This document shows, one piece after another, positions 59,836 through 64,000 of a DNA stretch of 64,000 nucleotides (positions are counted from its first letter, which is position 1; each line of letters begins with the position of its first letter). Below the pieces are notes generated by a model. It saw only the letters and a list, made by a program, of their open reading frames with translations. It was not told where the DNA came from and made no database searches. A program made the position numbers and the translations under genes. The DNA comes from a virus. The stretch covers positions 32,001-96,000 of the IMG/VR virus record IMGVR_UViG_3300035698_018653, one strand, 5' to 3'.

Positions 59836-60006
59836 TCAGGGATATACTTGAAAAGTTTTCTAATAATATTAATTACATAGAAAGCAAAGAGGAATTAGAT
59901 TTGTTAATTATAAATACAGAAACAGAAATATTAATATCGATGGCAGATGCAACAATGCCAAAAGATAAAAATACTTTTTATCCAGATGTGTTAAGGGGAT
60001 AATATC

Positions 60007-60609
60007 ATGAGCGTTCCTTTTACAAATTATACTACAAAGAGTTATACCGCCAATGTAAAGGATGCGGTTGATCAGTATATCAATGGACTGATTGATGGAG
60101 ATTTCTGGAAGCACGTTAATGAGCCTCAGATATTTAATATAAACGATATTACAACTGATTCTTTATTGCTTAAATATTATCCTATACTTCAAATCATTTC
60201 TGTTACTGATAATATTACCGCCGATACCGCAGATGATGATTCCGGTCCAGAACTATTGGATGCGCTTAATTATGAGTTTGATGATAAGGCCGGAATACTT
60301 TATTTAATAAATACACACGCAGCAAGTACTACTGGTCTTATTTATTTTAGTGAAGGGCCACAAAATGTTGAGATAGAATTTGATTGGGGATTTGATGACG
60401 TGCCGACAGATGTTATAAGATTTGCCGATGCGAATGCAGATAGAATTAATGATGCTATTAACGCAGGTACTGCTTCGGGCAATAAGATAAGCGAGAGAAT
60501 AGGAAATTATTCATATCGTTATGATATTAGTAAAACGCTTGATGGAAAGTACGCTCATCTTGCTAATTGGGAAACAGCTTTCATAAGAAAGTATAAGAGA
60601 GTTATATAA
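60007..60609 (+). CDS. Head-tail connector (gp6/gp15-like)
   Basis: LKYYPI..I.SV, GFDDVPTDV, SERIGNYSYRY. Confidence 0.75.
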   Translation: MSVPFTNYTTKSYTANVKDAVDQYINGLIDGDFWKHVNEPQIFNINDITTDSLLLKYYPILQIISVTDNITADTADDDSGPELLDALNYEFDDKAGILYLINTHAASTTGLIYFSEGPQNVEIEFDWGFDDVPTDVIRFADANADRINDAINAGTASGNKISERIGNYSYRYDISKTLDGKYAHLANWETAFIRKYKRVI

Positions 60610-60974
60610 TGACAATATCTCCAGTACAATTAAATTTACTAGTATCTATAAGTAGAAAGGTAACCACGACTATTTCAGCGGGTCTGGAGCCGTCTGCGAG
60701 GCCATCTGTGATAGCAACTGACGTACCTATAAGAATAACCACTAAAGTGAATGAAGTGGCTGGCTATCAGGAGAAGGGCTGGAATTCGTCAGATGAGCTG
60801 ATAGGGTTTACTAATGTTGGAATTGACGTACAGCCGAATGACGTATTAACCAGAAATGATAATGGAAAAACATATGTAGTACAAAATGTAGATAAAGAAC
60901 CAGGTGGAGTAGTTGATAATCATTACGAAATGGAAATAATGGAAAAAGATTTTACTAAAAGCGGGAACCCATAA
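60609..60974 (+). CDS. Head closure / head-tail adaptor
   Basis: Position; DVQPND.L.....Y.V..V, HYE. Confidence 0.7.
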   Translation: MTISPVQLNLLVSISRKVTTTISAGLEPSARPSVIATDVPIRITTKVNEVAGYQEKGWNSSDELIGFTNVGIDVQPNDVLTRNDNGKTYVVQNVDKEPGGVVDNHYEMEIMEKDFTKSGNP

Positions 60975-61363
60975 TGGCTGGATTCGGAGCTAAATTGATA
61001 GGGGCAAAAGTTGTTGCAAATACATTTAAAAGAATGAGCGATAATGCTATGCCAAATCTTACTATCGCTATGAAAAAAATAGTTTTAATGATCGAGAGAA
61101 GAGCAAAACAATTAGCCCCTGTTGATAGTGGACGTTTAAGAAATTCAATAAAAGGAATAGTTGAAAGAATTGCTTTAACCGCTATAAAAGGAGAGGTAGG
61201 AACTGACGTTGATTATGCAATATTTGTTCATGAGGGGCATACTTCTGGGGGAACTTTTATTTCAGCAAAGCCTTTTTTAAGACAAGCCTTAAGAGAACTG
61301 AGACCACAAATTCACATCATGCTTAAGAAAGCTATATTTTTAGATTTTGGAAAGGTAATATAA
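60974..61363 (+). CDS. HK97 gp10-like tail component
   Basis: AKQLAPVDSGRLRNSI, YAIFVHEG, AKPFLRQA. Confidence 0.88.
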   Translation: MAGFGAKLIGAKVVANTFKRMSDNAMPNLTIAMKKIVLMIERRAKQLAPVDSGRLRNSIKGIVERIALTAIKGEVGTDVDYAIFVHEGHTSGGTFISAKPFLRQALRELRPQIHIMLKKAIFLDFGKVI

Positions 61364-61839
61364 TGGCAAATCCAGATACCCCTCAAATGGAGTTGATTAA
61401 AACGCTTGGGTATATTTTTACAAATGATACGGATTTAGATAGTAATACCATAGGGAATCCAGGGCAGAGAGTTTATAGAGAGGCGAGCATAAATTATAAT
61501 GACGAAACAGTACCATATATAACTATAGAAATAGATGACAATCCAGATATGATTGGAATGCCAACCGTTGATATGAACTTAAGAATAAGTATTTGGAATA
61601 GTAAAGAAAGAGCAGGAGATAAACAAGAGTCAAATATAATAGCTCAGATAATAGTAAACTTAATTGAGGGAGATAAGAATGACGAAGGAAAAGATTTTAT
61701 AAATACTCAAGGGTTAAGTCAGAACTATCACCCAAAAGTAAGATTGATAAATAAAATAAACGGGGCTTTTGCTCCCACTAATTTAAAAAATATGACAAGA
61801 TATTTAATGAATTTTAATGTTACTTCAGGTAAAGTTTAA
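61363..61839 (+). CDS. Tail terminator protein
   Basis: Position; RVY...PYIT pattern. Confidence 0.6.
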   Translation: MANPDTPQMELIKTLGYIFTNDTDLDSNTIGNPGQRVYREASINYNDETVPYITIEIDDNPDMIGMPTVDMNLRISIWNSKERAGDKQESNIIAQIIVNLIEGDKNDEGKDFINTQGLSQNYHPKVRLINKINGAFAPTNLKNMTRYLMNFNVTSGKV

Positions 61840-61861
61840 TTTTTAAGGAGGTGAGAAAAAT

Positions 61862-62314
61862 ATGGCTATACAGTTCGGGCAAGGTGTATTGGTTGGGTCA
61901 GGCCAGGAGTTTGGTTATCTTCAAGATGTAACGTTAGATTTTGAATTTGAAGATGCAGAACTTCACGCAGGTAACGGCTTATATCCCATTGATGTCAGAA
62001 TCCATAGTGCCAGTATTTCTGGTAACGCAGGATTTGCTGATATTGATGTAGAAGCTTTCCAACATATTGTTGGGGGCACTAAGAGCGGTACTTCGCTTTT
62101 ACTGACCGGCACGTCACGTCCCAGTTATTTTCAGCTGGTGTTTACGTTGACTACTGACAGTATTAGTTTTATCGTAACACTGTATAGAGTCAAGTCAACT
62201 AAGTTGTCTATGGCTTTTAACAGAACAAATCACTTTATTCCCAATTTTGATTTTAAAGCGTATGCCAGATCAGATGGTAATGTCGGCATAATTGACTGTG
62301 GTGATGTAAGTTAA
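61862..62314 (+). CDS. Major tail (tube) protein
   Basis: Strong AAGGAGGTG RBS, beta-rich 150 aa, precedes chaperones and tape measure. Confidence 0.7.
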   Translation: MAIQFGQGVLVGSGQEFGYLQDVTLDFEFEDAELHAGNGLYPIDVRIHSASISGNAGFADIDVEAFQHIVGGTKSGTSLLLTGTSRPSYFQLVFTLTTDSISFIVTLYRVKSTKLSMAFNRTNHFIPNFDFKAYARSDGNVGIIDCGDVS

Positions 62315-62396
62315 TTTTTAATTTCATTTATTGTCTTTTGTAATTAAAAGTTAATTGACTTTGAAATGTTTGTAGAGACTATAAAGGAGAAATATT

Positions 62397-62777
62397 ATGA
62401 ATAAGAAAGAAGATAAAGAAGTAGAGGAAAGACAAACAGCTGATGCAGCAATTGAAGAGATGAGCAAGCTTACCAATAAAGAAACAAGCGTTATTATTGG
62501 GGAAGATGGAAAGGAATATAAATTAGCTCCTTGCACTATATCTCAAATTCCAAGGTTAATAAAATTGTCTAATGAGATTGATGGTGAGAAGCTGAATGAA
62601 CATCCTGACCAAGCAGCGGATAATATGGCGGAAATAATTAAGATAGGATTGAAAAAAAATCATCCAAACTTAAAAATAAAATTTATAAAAGATAATTTTA
62701 CTTTTATGAATTTAGCAACTGTCATAAAGGAGATACTTAACCTCAATTCTTTTTACGAGATGATGGCAGGGAGGTGA
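62397..62777 (+). CDS. Tail assembly chaperone (G-like)
   Basis: Position between tail tube and tape measure. Confidence 0.7.
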   Translation: MNKKEDKEVEERQTADAAIEEMSKLTNKETSVIIGEDGKEYKLAPCTISQIPRLIKLSNEIDGEKLNEHPDQAADNMAEIIKIGLKKNHPNLKIKFIKDNFTFMNLATVIKEILNLNSFYEMMAGR

Positions 62778-63223
62778 TAAGAAAAGACTCTAAGGGAATT
62801 AATACAAACAAAGGGACATTTACATGGAGTCAGATATTTGATTTTCTAGCAGAGAGATATAGTTGGACAATAGAGTATATTGCAAACTTAACCAATACTC
62901 AAGTTGTTCAGCTTATAGAAAAGGGTTTTCTTACTACTAAAAAACAAGAGAGGGATTATCAAAAAGAACATCAGCATGATAACCCAGATTATTCTAATGA
63001 GGAAAAGCCAACCGGAAAAATGAGAAAAGCTCAGATTAATTTACTTGAGATTGCAGGTAGTCTTAAGGCCAGAGAGAAGAGGGGTAAGAAAGAGATTAAG
63101 GGTGGCCCAATGACCGGTACAATAAATAAAGGTAACTTTGGGGAAAAATTTAATAAGAATAGAAAAGTAATTAAGAAATGGCAAGAGATAGCAAGAAAAA
63201 ATAATCCTGACAAGGACTTATAA
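62774..63223 (+). CDS. Tail assembly chaperone extension (T-like), probably reached by -1 frameshift
   Basis: In the -1 frame relative to 62397; YSWTIEYIANLT motif. Confidence 0.6.
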   Translation: MIRKDSKGINTNKGTFTWSQIFDFLAERYSWTIEYIANLTNTQVVQLIEKGFLTTKKQERDYQKEHQHDNPDYSNEEKPTGKMRKAQINLLEIAGSLKAREKRGKKEIKGGPMTGTINKGNFGEKFNKNRKVIKKWQEIARKNNPDKDL

Positions 63224-63226
63224 ATT

Positions 63227-64000
63227 ATGGCTCTTGAAACAGATCGCATTATAACAAGAATTATTGCTGACGCTAAAGGATATACTGCCGGTATAAATAA
63301 GGCAGTACGTGGAACTAAAAAGCTCGATAAAGATGTTAATAAGTTAAATGAATCTTTATTGAAGTTTGCGAAGATATCTGGACTTGCTGGTGCCGCTATT
63401 GCCGCCGGAGTTGGGGTTGGTGTTGCTATGTTTGCAAAGTTTGAAAGAAGTATGACAAATGTAGGAGCTGTACTTGGTCAGTCTTTTAGTCAGATGACAG
63501 AGCTTGCCGGGAAAGCGAGAGACTTAGGAAAAGCAACTGAGTTTACCGCAACTGAGGCTGGAGATGCTATGTACTTCTTAGCTTCTGCTGGTTTTGCAGT
63601 AAACGATATTATGGATTCTGTTGATGCCACCCTTAAACTTGCTTCTGCAACTCAGTTTGATCTTGCCGAAACTACCAGAATAGTTGTTTCTAATATTAAT
63701 GCTTTCGGTCTCGAAGCTTCCGATGCCGATAAAATAGCAAATGTATTTGCAGCTACTATCGCTGGCTCACAAGCAACTATGGAAAAGCTAGGAATAGCAA
63801 TGGGATTTTTAGCGCCTGTTGCAAATCAGCTGGGGATTTCTATAGAACAAACATCAGCTATGCTTGGAATACTTTTTAATAACGGCATAAGAGCGAGTAC
63901 TGCTGGAACTCAGTTAAGGGCTGCTATGTCTAAGCTCCTTAAGCCTTCAAAAGAAGCGGTAGGAGTATTTAAGGATATGGGATTAACTATTGCAGAAATG
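63227..64000 (+). CDS. Tape measure protein, TP901 family (3'-truncated by the window)
   Basis: Open frame from ATG 63227 to the window end; FERSMTNVGAV, ARDLGKATEFTATEAGDAMYFLASAGF, AGTQLR. Confidence 0.92.
   Translation, partial: MALETDRIITRIIADAKGYTAGINKAVRGTKKLDKDVNKLNESLLKFAKISGLAGAAIAAGVGVGVAMFAKFERSMTNVGAVLGQSFSQMTELAGKARDLGKATEFTATEAGDAMYFLASAGFAVNDIMDSVDATLKLASATQFDLAETTRIVVSNINAFGLEASDADKIANVFAATIAGSQATMEKLGIAMGFLAPVANQLGISIEQTSAMLGILFNNGIRASTAGTQLRAAMSKLLKPSKEAVGVFKDMGLTIAEM

Noticed and set aside
22734-59915. T4-like late promoter TATAAATA at several sites (near 22734, 31408, 34888, 47687, 59908)
   Set aside because: Expected by chance in such AT-rich DNA and not consistently placed before structural genes
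1-64000. Minus-strand ORFs and short out-of-frame + strand ORFs in the track
   Set aside because: Almost all overlap well-supported + strand genes, lack an RBS and show no motifs; treated as shadow ORFs
1-64000. Alternative genetic code (stop-codon reassignment)
   Set aside because: Conserved genes are intact in code 11, and TAA, TAG and TGA all end genes at the expected positions

Overview
64 kb of a large, AT-rich tailed bacteriophage (siphovirus-like: HK97-fold head, TP901-type tape measure). Essentially all credible genes are on the + strand, and the minus-strand ORFs look like shadows. From left to right: (1) about 0.4-16.7 kb, a nucleotide and glycan-modification region with a sulfotransferase, three methyltransferases, several glycosyltransferases, an Asn-synthase-like amidotransferase, a WbmS-like deacetylase, a formyltransferase, a WbmG/H-like epimerase and a Gmd/Rmd enzyme; (2) 16.8-22.7 kb, a tightly coupled six-gene operon in which NAD salvage genes (pncA, nadE, pncB-like) enclose a vWA-PP2C-kinase (TerY-P/YegLKI-like) triad; (3) 23.3-26.3 kb, tRNA-Ile, a radical SAM enzyme, RtcB and tRNA-Asn/Arg/Gln; (4) many small hypothetical genes with two boxA-led structured RNAs, one of them a 327-nt RNA I cannot assign to a family; (5) a 1.2-kb non-coding region holding a XerCD dif-like site, flanking palindromes, a purine-rich tract and a G9 run; (6) 44.9-64 kb, the morphogenesis module: terminase, Sm/Hfq-like protein, portal, MuF with a Vsr/DUF559-endonuclease intein, ChaB-protease, scaffold, major capsid, a GT4-GT2 fusion directly after the capsid gene, a LamG protein, neck and tail genes, and the start of the tape measure. 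A recurrent promoter motif (TTCAAY-N13-CGTATATTAT) precedes several gene blocks. All protein calls come from motif recognition by eye; no database searches were run.
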